In this document: positions 37,284 through 46,420 of the stretch, piece by piece
How the letters are laid out: each line of letters begins with the position of its first letter
Position numbering within the stretch: position 1 is the first letter of the stretch
Position numbers and translations under genes: made by a program
The notes under the pieces: model-generated
Databases searched by the model: none
The model's input: only the letters and a program-made list of their open reading frames with translations
What the model was told of the DNA's origin: nothing
NCBI GenBank assembly: GCA_002712305.1
Contig: PATE01000062.1
Coordinates: forward strand, 1 to 63,381
Source: Gemmatimonadota bacterium
Lineage (GTDB): Bacteria; Latescibacterota; UBA2968; UBA8231
Reading direction: 5' to 3'
Length of the DNA: 63,381 bases

Positions 37284-38083
37284 CCGTAGGCGCCCTTTTC
37301 GTGTCGGCCCAGCAGGCGGGCCAATCTTGGCGGCACGCCTTCCCAGACGTGCTCAGGCATCTGGTAGTCGACGAAGGGATAGAATCGCTGGGCGATGAAT
37401 CGTCGGGAATAGGTGACACCCCCAAGAATTCTGGGGTCAGGAGATTGGTTCTTGGCGCCCTGATGCCAGATCTGATTGTTGAAAACGTAAGCCTCGCCCG
37501 CTTTGGCCTCGATAGATACGGGGCCTCGGTCCCGGAAGGTTAGTTCGCCCTCGGAGGGTGGGCGATGACCCGAAAGATGACTCCCAGGAACGACTTGTGT
37601 GCAACCCGCCTCGCCATCCATGTCGGTGAGAGGGGTGAAGATCTGCAACACCAGACAGGGCGGCGGCTGTCGTGGGTCGTGTCCGTCACTGCCTTCGGGA
37701 AGGGGAAACTGGAGTGCGTCGTCTACGTGCCATCCCCCTCCCTGACCCTCCTCGTAGATCAGGGCATTCTGTGACATCATGTGGCAATCATCTCCCAGAA
37801 CCGCTTCGGCGAGGCCTACGAAGGGCTCGCGCTCGATCAAGTCGCGAAAGACGTTGTCATACTCGAACATCCGCATGAGGCTGATGCCGCGGATGTGATC
37901 GCCGTCGGGGTCACTGAGGATGTCTGGATCGGTTGACTTGCGTACCACGGCCTCGCGCAGCGCAGCCACTTCCTCCTCGCCGAGTACCGGTCCAAGGTGA
38001 GCGTAGCCTTCGGTGACCAAAGCTTGCATGATCTGCGACATCTGGTCGGCGGAATAGGCGTGGCCCGTCGAAATCGCGCTCAT
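37280..38083 (-). CDS. PhyH-family 2OG/Fe(II) dioxygenase
   Basis: 267 aa. LVTEGYAHLGPVL, WHVDDA (HxD), VVPGSHLSG and IWHQGAKN blocks. It starts 8 nt after the ettA stop. Confidence 0.8.
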   Translation of the reverse strand: MSAISTGHAYSADQMSQIMQALVTEGYAHLGPVLGEEEVAALREAVVRKSTDPDILSDPDGDHIRGISLMRMFEYDNVFRDLIEREPFVGLAEAVLGDDCHMMSQNALIYEEGQGGGWHVDDALQFPLPEGSDGHDPRQPPPCLVLQIFTPLTDMDGEAGCTQVVPGSHLSGHRPPSEGELTFRDRGPVSIEAKAGEAYVFNNQIWHQGAKNQSPDPRILGGVTYSRRFIAQRFYPFVDYQMPEHVWEGVPPRLARLLGRHEKGAYG

Positions 38084-38091
38084 AAGAATCG

Positions 38092-39771
38092 CTATCGCGT
38101 CAGTTGTCGATACTTGATGCGCTGTGGCTGGTCGGCGGCATCACCGAGACGGCGGTGCCGATCCTCGTCGTAGTCGGTCCAGTTGCCTTCGATGAACACG
38201 GCATTGGAATCCCCCTCGAAGGCGAGGATATGTGTGGCGATACGATCGAGGAACCAACGATCATGACTGATCACGATCGCACACCCGGCGAAGCCCAGCA
38301 GGGCTTCTTCGAGAGCACGCATCGTGTTCACATCGAGATCGTTGGTCGGTTCATCTAAAAGCAGAACGTTGGCACCCTCCTTGAGGATGCGAGCAAGATG
38401 CACGCGATTGCGTTCACCGCCGGACAGATCGCCCACCAGTTTCTGCTGATCGCCACCGCCAAAGTTGAAGCGACTGACGTAGGCGCGCGAGTTGACCTTG
38501 CGTTCACCCAGTTCGAGCTCTTCCTCGCCACCGGAGATCTCCTCGTAGACCGTTTTTTCCCCCGACAGCACGTCGCGACTCTGATCGACGTAGGCGAGTT
38601 TGACCGTTTCACCGACGCGAATCTCGCCATCGTCCGGTGACTCCTGGCCGGTGATCAGGCGGAAGAGGGTTGTCTTGCCCGCACCGTTGGCACCGATCAC
38701 GCCGACGATCCCTCCCGGGGGCAGCATGAAGGACAGATCGTCGAACAGCAGCTGATCGTCGAATCCCTTGCTGACCGCCTTGGACTCGATGACCACGTCG
38801 CCGAGGCGTGGGCCCGGTGGGATGTAGATCTGCAGATCCCGATCCTGTTGCGAACGATCCTGGTTCAGCAACTCCTCGTATGCACGCACCCGTGCCTTGT
38901 TCTTCGTCTGGCGGGCCTTGGGTGCCATGCGCACCCACTCGAGCTCCCGCTGAAGGGTCCGCTGACGGTCTCCCTCGGTCTTCTCCTCTTGGTTGAGTCT
39001 ATTCTGTTTCTGATCCAACCAAGAGGAATAGTTTCCCTTGAAAGGGATTCCCTCACCGCGATCGAGTTCGAGGATCCAGCCCGCCACATTGTCGAGAAAG
39101 TAACGGTCGTGTGTCACGGCAATCACTGTGCCCTCGTATGACTGGAGATGGTGTTCGAGCCAGGCGACGGACCCCGCGTCCAGGTGATTTGTCGGTTCGT
39201 CCAAAAGCAGAATATCCGGCTTTCTCAGCAGGAGCCGACAAAGAGCCACACGACGACGTTCGCCGCCGGAGATCGTGTCGACGACGGTATCCTCGTCCGG
39301 GCAGCGCAGCGCATCCATGGCTTGCTGAAGCCGCGCATCGAGATCCCAGGCATTGGCCTGCTCGATCTTTTCCGCCAATTGCGTCTGTCTCGCGATGAGG
39401 TCATTCATCTCATCATCCGACATCGGTTCGGCGAACTTCTCGTTCACCTGCTCGTATTCCTTGACCAGATCGACCGTCTCCTGCAGCCCCTCTTCGACGA
39501 CCTGGCGCACCGTCTTGCCCGCCTCCAGATGTGGTTCCTGCTCCAGCAGGCCGATCGTGTGACCCGGCGCAATGTGGGTCTCTCCGTCGAAGTTGTCATC
39601 GGCACCCGCCAGAATTCGCAGCAGCGTGCTCTTGCCGGACCCGTTCAGGCCGAGGACACCGATCTTCGCGCCATAGAAATAGGAGAGAGAAATGTCCTTG
39701 AGAATCGTCTTGCGGTTGATGGTCTTGGAAACGTGGACCATGGAGTAGATGATTTTTTCAGCTTCTGACAT
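38092..39771 (-). CDS. ettA: ABC-F translation factor EttA (energy-dependent translational throttle)
   Basis: 559 aa from ATG 39771 (the ORF track extends to 40059). MSEAEKIIYSMVHVSK start. Two ABC cassettes: GLNGSGKST/LSGGERRRVAL/LLLDEPTNHLD and GANGAGKTT/LSGGERNRVHL/LLLDEPTNDLD. Confidence 0.92.
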   Translation of the reverse strand: MSEAEKIIYSMVHVSKTINRKTILKDISLSYFYGAKIGVLGLNGSGKSTLLRILAGADDNFDGETHIAPGHTIGLLEQEPHLEAGKTVRQVVEEGLQETVDLVKEYEQVNEKFAEPMSDDEMNDLIARQTQLAEKIEQANAWDLDARLQQAMDALRCPDEDTVVDTISGGERRRVALCRLLLRKPDILLLDEPTNHLDAGSVAWLEHHLQSYEGTVIAVTHDRYFLDNVAGWILELDRGEGIPFKGNYSSWLDQKQNRLNQEEKTEGDRQRTLQRELEWVRMAPKARQTKNKARVRAYEELLNQDRSQQDRDLQIYIPPGPRLGDVVIESKAVSKGFDDQLLFDDLSFMLPPGGIVGVIGANGAGKTTLFRLITGQESPDDGEIRVGETVKLAYVDQSRDVLSGEKTVYEEISGGEEELELGERKVNSRAYVSRFNFGGGDQQKLVGDLSGGERNRVHLARILKEGANVLLLDEPTNDLDVNTMRALEEALLGFAGCAIVISHDRWFLDRIATHILAFEGDSNAVFIEGNWTDYDEDRHRRLGDAADQPQRIKYRQLTR

Positions 39772-39832
39772 GCGTGGAGTCGTTGCCTCGAATAAGTCGT
39801 GGATGAATCGATGAGGTGTGTGGAACTGAGTC

Positions 39833-39870
39833 TTAAAAGAAAGGCCCACTTCCGCTGATGCGGAAGGGGC
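39833..39870 (-). terminator. Rho-independent terminator downstream of ppx remnant
   Basis: On the minus strand, GCCCCTTCCGC-ATCA-GCGGAAGTGGGC is followed by CTTTCTTTTAAG. Confidence 0.65.
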
Positions 39871-39901
39871 TGACAGGCTCGCCGTGGCGTCGTTTCCGTT
39901 C

Positions 39902-41312
39902 CTAGTCGGCAGGCGCCGCCATGCTGTCGATGGTGACCCGTCGGTTGAAGGCGCTCTCCAGCAGGGGAACTGCATTGCGCTGTGACTCCCAGATTTCCAC
40001 AGCGGGATGTTCGTCGCCCACGAGTGTAATTCGCAGCGTGTCATCATCCCACTGGGCACTGACGTCGCTCACGGCGGCATTGCGACCCCGTTCCAGAAAC
40101 TCAGCCATGCGAAGAATCCCGGCGAGTGAGACAAGCGTCTTCTCGTCCTGTGCGTTGAGGACCGTTTCATACCCCTCGATATCGGGCGTACCCTTACGGT
40201 GATATCGCGTCAGCAGGGCGATGAGGCAGATCTCCCGTCGAGAATAACCTGCGAGCCCATTGTAGTGGATGAGCGTCTGCGAGTGTTTGTGGTGGCCGTC
40301 GTAGGCGATGATCGTGCCCAGATCGTGGAGCAGGGCTGACGCGTCGAGCAATTCACGATCGGCGGCACTGCAGCCGTGATGACGGGATCGTCCAGGTGAT
40401 CCCAGAAGTACTCGAGGAAGATGCCTTCGCGCAGACCGCCGGTGGAGATCGATAACTCCTGTACGCCGATCTGGTCGAGGACCGCTGCCACCACAAGGCC
40501 ACCGGCAAGGATGATGTCAGCCCGCCGATTCGCTGACGTTTGGCGAGTGGAAGTCGCCGGAAGTCGCCCATGCTCTTTTCGAGTGAAGCCCGAGTCAGTT
40601 TGAATCCATGGAGTGTGCTCAGAGGGCTGGTCTGCCGCATCGTTTCGATCTTCGCCAGGTTTCGTATCGTGCCGCCCAGGCCGACCAGCCGTTGCCCGCG
40701 GACCTCGGATAGCCAGGGAATCGTCTCCAGCTGCTGCAGGATCTCCTTGTTGAGCCGCGCCACCTGCTTGTCTGACGCAGGATCCTTGTCGATGAACCGC
40801 TCCGTCAATGCCAGTGCACCGAGGGTCAACGATACGCCACCTTCGTACTTGCCGGTGCGGATGCGGCTCAATTGCGCACTGCCTCCACCGATGTCCAGGA
40901 TGACACCCTCGTCGAGGGGGACTTCGTTCAAAGCCCCGATGACGCCATAGAAGGCCTCGCGCTCACCATCGAGGATTCGCAGATCCAGGTTTAGCTCCTT
41001 GCGAACCCGGTCGACGAATTCAGCCCCATTGGCCGCGTCACGAACCGCACTGGTCGCGGTGGCGAGGACGATGTCGGTTCCTGTGCTGTCACAGAATCGA
41101 CCATAGAGCCGCAGCGTCGAATAAGCTCTGTCGATGGCTTCGTTACTGAGGCCCGCTTCCGTCATGCCCTGGTGAAGTCGTACGACTTCACGGATTTCGT
41201 CGACAAGGCGGTAGGCAAATCCCGGCGTGGCCTCTATGACGATGAGACGGGCCGTGTTGGAGCCGAGATCGATCACGGCGATTCGCTGTGGGGTTGCAGC
41301 ACGAGCACTCAT
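39902..41312 (-). pseudogene. ppx: Exopolyphosphatase / pppGpp phosphohydrolase (Ppx/GppA family), frameshifted at least twice
   Basis: The N-terminal domain is intact from ATG 41312 (IAVIDLGSNTARL...ILDIGGGSAQL...) down to ...LAKRQRIGG. The continuation RADIILAGGLVVAAVLDQIGVQELSISTGGLREGIFLEYF is in a second frame (ORF 40210..40494). The HD-domain part ELLDASALLHDLGTIIAYDGHHKHSQTLIHYN...LLTRYHRKG is in a third frame (ORF 39902..40351). Confidence 0.8.
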
Positions 41313-43204
41313 AGATCCGTCGTCTCTGGGCCGATAAATTCGACCACGCCGAAATGTCCGGGCTGACGAAGATCGAGGAACGTCGGCGACCAGGCCTGCA
41401 GGCGACCACAGCGCCGGACGCTTTCTCCCCACACCCTCGATCCGGCGATGTTGCCGTCAGCGTCGACGTCCCATCCGGATGACTGGATCAGATCCTCCCA
41501 CTCGCCGGGTGCAACCCCGAGCTGCGCCCGGGCCGCCTCAGCCGACACCTGACCCGGCAGCGACTCCCGTGGTCGGGGGATCTCTCTGCGGTACAGGCCG
41601 AGGCGCCACAGCTGGCCCGGTTCAGGAGGTATTCGAAGGAGGGCACTGTTGCTCGAACCCGTCGTCGAGGTACGGAAGACTTCCCAGGGGATGCGCAACT
41701 CGGCCGTATACCCCTCGTCCGGCGGGCTGGTCACCGGGGAGTAGCTGGATGTCACTGTTTCCAGGGAGCCCCGAACGTCGACCGCCGTTTCTACCTGGGT
41801 CGCGTCATATCGAAGCCAACCGATGGAAGGAGACCAGGGATCGAAGTCGAAGGGCGCACCAGCGATGAACTGCAGCTGATCGACGACCCGGTTCGCCGGT
41901 GACAGATCGAACTCGTAGAAGACGACCTCGTCTCCTCCATCGTCGATGAAGATCCGCAACCCTTCATCTGAGAGGAGGCCGCCGTGGTCACGCGGAAGAT
42001 CGCGAGCCCAGACATCGTCATCGACGACTTCCACCAGCAGATAGAGAGCTTCACTGGACCACAGAATACGTGCTTCCGTCGCCGGCAGGGCTCGTCGGTC
42101 GGCGCACTCGTCGGCGACGGTCTGCCCCGTCAGATTGTCGACAAATGGACCGAGCCGCGTGGCCGTCTCCCAGACGGGTTCAGGTTTTCCGTCGACGATG
42201 ATGGACCCTACCGAGACGGAGGTCACCTTCGCCCGGGCGACGGGTTCATGAACCGGCATGGCCGTCGACCGTGACAGAGGCTGAATGGCGAGACCGACGA
42301 GCAAGAGACAGATGGCAAGGACCGCCACCGATGGAGTGCGTCGGATCGGATCCAGACAGCTACCCACCAGCAGCAGAAATGCGGGGATGAGGGGAATCCC
42401 CTCGTAGGGCGTGACCCAGTGAACGGGTTTGAGGTTGGTGTGCTCGTCCCAGAACGGATAGTATGAGTAGCTGCCAAACCAGGATGACAGCGTGGCCGGT
42501 CCAACCAGCAACAGGGGAAACAGGATGAGGGCCGAACCGGCGGCAGTCAGGTAGATGATGTGCCGTTGAGAGGTCCCCGTTTCACGGATCCACAGCCAGC
42601 TTGCTGCGGGCAGGGTGCCCGCAAAGGCACCGACGCCATTGAGGAAGGGGTCGCTCCAATCCAGATAGTGAGTGCGCTCTCCCATGAGCCACACATGCAG
42701 ACCATAGTGCTGCCACACCTCGTCCAACATGCCGAGGCCGAAGGTGATGACGAAAGCCAACTGTGGACGACGACCCCGTCCCAGAGCGACACTGAAGAGG
42801 GCCCCAACCAGGGCGTATTGAGCGAAGTGCACCAATTCGGTGGTATAGACGATAATCATCTTCCAGGCGAGCCAGCCCAGGACACCACACAGAAGCCACG
42901 CCGGCACGGCGCCGATCAGGGCCAGTGCGCCGAAGACCATGGCCCGTCGTATGAAGATGATGATGGCGAGGAATCCACACAGACCCAGGGTTCCAGCAAG
43001 GATCCTCTCGCCAACCAGGAAACCTGCCTGGCCACCTTGCTCGCTCACCGTTCCGGGAAGACGAACCCATTCCACCAGGACGGTGACCACATCGAGACCC
43101 GTACCGTGACCCAGACACAACATGGCCCATACACCCAGGGCCAGGACTAGCCACGGGTGCTGCACCGTCGTCGCGTGATCAGTCTGGGAATCAGGCTCGG
43201 CCAT
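41309..43204 (-). CDS. Polytopic membrane protein (VanZ-like N-terminal region) with C-terminal CBM9-like carbohydrate-binding domain
   Basis: 631 aa. The first half has ~9 hydrophobic helices (VHFAQYALVGALFSV...MLDEVWQHY). The C-terminal ...IIVDGKPEPVWETA...ARILWSSEALYLLVEVVDDDVW...LRIFIDDGGDEVVFYEFDLSP...GYTAELRIPWEVF...GHFGVVEF fits the CBM9/DOMON-like pattern. Its stop overlaps the ppx start (ATGA). Confidence 0.6.
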   Translation of the reverse strand: MAEPDSQTDHATTVQHPWLVLALGVWAMLCLGHGTGLDVVTVLVEWVRLPGTVSEQGGQAGFLVGERILAGTLGLCGFLAIIIFIRRAMVFGALALIGAVPAWLLCGVLGWLAWKMIIVYTTELVHFAQYALVGALFSVALGRGRRPQLAFVITFGLGMLDEVWQHYGLHVWLMGERTHYLDWSDPFLNGVGAFAGTLPAASWLWIRETGTSQRHIIYLTAAGSALILFPLLLVGPATLSSWFGSYSYYPFWDEHTNLKPVHWVTPYEGIPLIPAFLLLVGSCLDPIRRTPSVAVLAICLLLVGLAIQPLSRSTAMPVHEPVARAKVTSVSVGSIIVDGKPEPVWETATRLGPFVDNLTGQTVADECADRRALPATEARILWSSEALYLLVEVVDDDVWARDLPRDHGGLLSDEGLRIFIDDGGDEVVFYEFDLSPANRVVDQLQFIAGAPFDFDPWSPSIGWLRYDATQVETAVDVRGSLETVTSSYSPVTSPPDEGYTAELRIPWEVFRTSTTGSSNSALLRIPPEPGQLWRLGLYRREIPRPRESLPGQVSAEAARAQLGVAPGEWEDLIQSSGWDVDADGNIAGSRVWGESVRRCGRLQAWSPTFLDLRQPGHFGVVEFIGPETTDL

Positions 43205-43266
43205 GGGAGGCAGCCGGATCTTTCATCGCGTCATAAATGGAATGGGTTTCGTAGGGTGGAAGGCCA

Positions 43267-45513
43267 ATGAGGAACACCGAGCCGCGGTGGTCAAGCTGGG
43301 TGGCCCTCATCCTCGGGCTGGGGTTGCTGGCCTATCTGCCCAGTTTCGACGGGGTCTTCGTCTTCGACGACCTGCAGTGGATCGTCGACAACGACGATCT
43401 GCACCGCCTGTGGCCGCCGTGGGCAGCCGCCCGCGGGACGCTTCGGCCACTTCTGTTTTTCACCCTCGCCATCAATCATGCCATCAGTGGCCTGGCTCCC
43501 TGGTCCTACCATCTGATGAATCTGGGGATCCATCTGACGACGGCCTTGTTGTTGTTCGGGTCGCTGAGAAGACTCCTCAGAACGTGGCACTCGTCCTCCC
43601 ATGGCCACGGCCAGGGCTCGGTCGAGCAATCCATCGCAGGCGCCACCGCCTTGCTCTGGGCCGTCCATCCTCTCACGACACAGGCTGTGACCTACGTCAT
43701 ACAGCGGGGAGAGTCGTTGGCCAGTCTCCTCTATGTGCTGTGTTTCTACGGATTGCTGCGAAGTATCGATTCGAACAGGCACCGCCTGTGGTGGGGCGTC
43801 ATCGTCCTCAGTTGGTGGGGGGCCATGGCGACCAAGCTGATCGCCGTCACCCTGCCGGTCCTGCTGTTTGCCTTCGACTGGCTCCTGCTCAGTGGAGGCT
43901 TCGCTCATCTGTGGCAGCGGAGACGGTCCCTCTACCTGGCCCTTGGGGTGCCCGTCCTGATCGGTGTGGTGATTCTGCTTTTCATGGCGCCGCACCTTCT
44001 GGCTGCCCAGGTTCGTGGCGATGCCGAGGCGTTTGGCCGTCTCGACTATCTCATCACCCAGCCTGGTGTCATCCTCCACTATTTGCGCCTCGTCGTGTGG
44101 CCTCGACCACTCCTCATCGATCATGGCTGGCCCGTTTCGTCCTGGGCACTGGCTCTTGTTCCGCTCGCACTGGTGAGTTCGGCTCTGGTTGCCATCCTCA
44201 TCGGACTGATTCGGCGACGAGCGTGGAGTTTCGTCGGTCTCTGGTTTGTGGGGATCCTCGCCCCTACGTCCAGTTGGGTGCCGCTGCGTGATCTGCTCGT
44301 CGAACACCGTATGTATCTGCCTCTGGTGGCGCCCCTGTTCGTGCTCGTCTGGCTTGGGGCCACGCTCCCGGCTCGGGGGCGCCTCTGGGCGCTGGCTGCC
44401 CTCGTCGGATCTCTGGCGCTGATGACGGCGGCTCGCAATCAGGACTACCACAGTGAACTGTCGCTGTTTGCCTCCGCAGCACACGAAACGAGCAACACCC
44501 GCAGATTCTACAACCTGCAACTCGAGTTCGTCTTCGACGAGGGAGGCGTTCTTGATGGCCCCCTGCTGTGTGCGCTCGAAACGGGCCCTGCCCTGCGCCC
44601 CGTCGCTCGACGGATTCAACAAGCCGACACAGACGGGGCCCTGCGGGATCTTGAAGGAATCAGGACTGTATCGGCGGCCAATCTGCGTGGCCTGGCGTTT
44701 TGGTTGAGGGGACAACGGCAGGAGGCGGCCTCGCAGTGGACCCAGGCACAGAATCTGCCCACTGCGCGGGTGAATCTCGCCATTGCCTCCTGGCTCGGCG
44801 GCGATCCGGGACGCGCCGAGCAATTGCTGGTCAACCCGCCGGATCCCACGTTGCCCGAGGCACATTACAATCTCGGAGCGTTGTGGGCAGCTCAGGGGAA
44901 GCTGGCAGAAGCCCGGGTTCTGCTGCAGCAGGCGCTCGCCCTGCGGCCGAATTGGGCGGAGGCGCTCAACAACCTCGGAGCCATCGCCGAAGCCAATGGG
45001 GAAATGGCAGAGGCTGGCCAACGATACGAGGATGCCATCGCACTGGAGCATCCAACGTCCACACTGAATCGAGGGTTGCTCCACATTCGTCAGCGTCACT
45101 ACCGCGAGGCGCTTCCGCTGCTGGACCAAGTCATTCGCAAGTCCGGTGGGGAGCACCCTCGGGCCTCGTCGGCGAGGTCGGTGGCACGGTATTTCACAGG
45201 AGAGTTGTACGAGGCCGTCGAAGATCTGCGAAAGGCCCGGCGGCTTGGGGGGGCCACTGCCGCCCTCGACAACAATCTAGGCTGCCTAAATCTGGCACTC
45301 GGCGATCTACGACAGGCACGCAGCCTCTTCGAACAGGCCCTGGCCAAAGACCCCCAACAGACGGCGGCCAACCACAATCTTGGCAAGCTGCTGGTTATTG
45401 TCGGGCAGCCGGGGCCGGCGGTGGCGCACCTGCAGCGGGCGGCTGATCGAAGGCCGGACGACAAGGTGTTGGCGGCCAATCTCCGAGAGGCGAGACGTCT
45501 GGCCTCTCGCTGA
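43267..45513 (+). CDS. Membrane-embedded TPR-repeat protein (TMTC/PMT_2-like putative glycosyltransferase)
   Basis: 748 aa. The N-terminal ~400 aa have ~10 TM helices (FVFDDLQWIVDND...SYHLMNLGIHL...). The C-terminal part carries TPR repeats (AHYNLGALWAAQGKLAEARVLLQQALALRPNWAEALNNLGAI...). Confidence 0.75.
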   Translation: MRNTEPRWSSWVALILGLGLLAYLPSFDGVFVFDDLQWIVDNDDLHRLWPPWAAARGTLRPLLFFTLAINHAISGLAPWSYHLMNLGIHLTTALLLFGSLRRLLRTWHSSSHGHGQGSVEQSIAGATALLWAVHPLTTQAVTYVIQRGESLASLLYVLCFYGLLRSIDSNRHRLWWGVIVLSWWGAMATKLIAVTLPVLLFAFDWLLLSGGFAHLWQRRRSLYLALGVPVLIGVVILLFMAPHLLAAQVRGDAEAFGRLDYLITQPGVILHYLRLVVWPRPLLIDHGWPVSSWALALVPLALVSSALVAILIGLIRRRAWSFVGLWFVGILAPTSSWVPLRDLLVEHRMYLPLVAPLFVLVWLGATLPARGRLWALAALVGSLALMTAARNQDYHSELSLFASAAHETSNTRRFYNLQLEFVFDEGGVLDGPLLCALETGPALRPVARRIQQADTDGALRDLEGIRTVSAANLRGLAFWLRGQRQEAASQWTQAQNLPTARVNLAIASWLGGDPGRAEQLLVNPPDPTLPEAHYNLGALWAAQGKLAEARVLLQQALALRPNWAEALNNLGAIAEANGEMAEAGQRYEDAIALEHPTSTLNRGLLHIRQRHYREALPLLDQVIRKSGGEHPRASSARSVARYFTGELYEAVEDLRKARRLGGATAALDNNLGCLNLALGDLRQARSLFEQALAKDPQQTAANHNLGKLLVIVGQPGPAVAHLQRAADRRPDDKVLAANLREARRLASR

Positions 45514-45523
45514 ACTCTCCCGC

Positions 45524-46237
45524 CTACACGAGTACTTCTGCCAGCTGGGTGAAGTCTTCGACCACGACGTCGGGCCGATACACTGATTCGTCGTACGGGA
45601 GTTGATTTCGATTGACGAAGGCCCCGCGCAGCCCACAAGCGCGGGCGCCTACGATGTCGAAGGAATTCGCTGAGATCATCATGCACTGCCCCACCTCCAG
45701 ACCCAGCCCCGCCGTGGCGCGCCGGTAGACCGATGGATGTGGTTTGAAGGCACCTGCCTCCTCTACGGAGAGCACCTTGTGGAAAGGGGTTCCTTCGACC
45801 TGGTGCTCGAGCAGGTGGGCAAGGAATTCGGGATCCCCATTGGACAGCACGACCAGGCGATAGCGCCGCCCCAGTGCTTCCAGCGCATCAGCGACTTCGG
45901 GGAAGGGACGCAGATGAGGCCAGGCCTCCATCAGTTCCAGCACATGGGATGGCCCATGGGGCAGATGGTGCAAGGCGAGGGTATACACGATGGCCCGCCG
46001 TACGGTCTCCAGATATCCGCCATGTCCCAGGTCCAACAGGGTGTCCATGAACTGTTCGTGGCGCTGCCGGGCTCGCCAGGACTCCCAGAGAGTGACCGCG
46101 TCGATCGATGATTCCCGCGTCGACAGGAATCTCTCGATGGCAGGCAGCAAGCTGGTCTTGAGATCGAGTACGGTGCCAAAAAGGTCGAAGGTCAGCGCCT
46201 TAATGGCGGCGGTGTCGAAATGATGCGTCTGCTTCAT
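45524..46237 (-). CDS. HAD-superfamily hydrolase (2-haloacid dehalogenase-like)
   Basis: 237 aa from ATG 46237 (the ORF track extends to 46402). ALTFDLFGTVLD (motif I), VVLSNGD and a C-terminal ...ISANSFDIVGARACG.... Confidence 0.75.
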   Translation of the reverse strand: MKQTHHFDTAAIKALTFDLFGTVLDLKTSLLPAIERFLSTRESSIDAVTLWESWRARQRHEQFMDTLLDLGHGGYLETVRRAIVYTLALHHLPHGPSHVLELMEAWPHLRPFPEVADALEALGRRYRLVVLSNGDPEFLAHLLEHQVEGTPFHKVLSVEEAGAFKPHPSVYRRATAGLGLEVGQCMMISANSFDIVGARACGLRGAFVNRNQLPYDESVYRPDVVVEDFTQLAEVLV

Positions 46238-46420
46238 CCCTCTGCTCTCGTTCCAGGTTGGTCTCGCGGCGCAAAGTAGAGCACCCAGCGAGTCCAACCA
46301 AGCGCTAGCAAGCGATGGAAAGAGGAGCCAAACGAGACGAAACGGTAGAGGAATCGCCAAACGCGCCGATGTGCCGATGTACCGAAGGCGAAACGCACAC
46401 AACCTTCACTCCCCGAAGGG

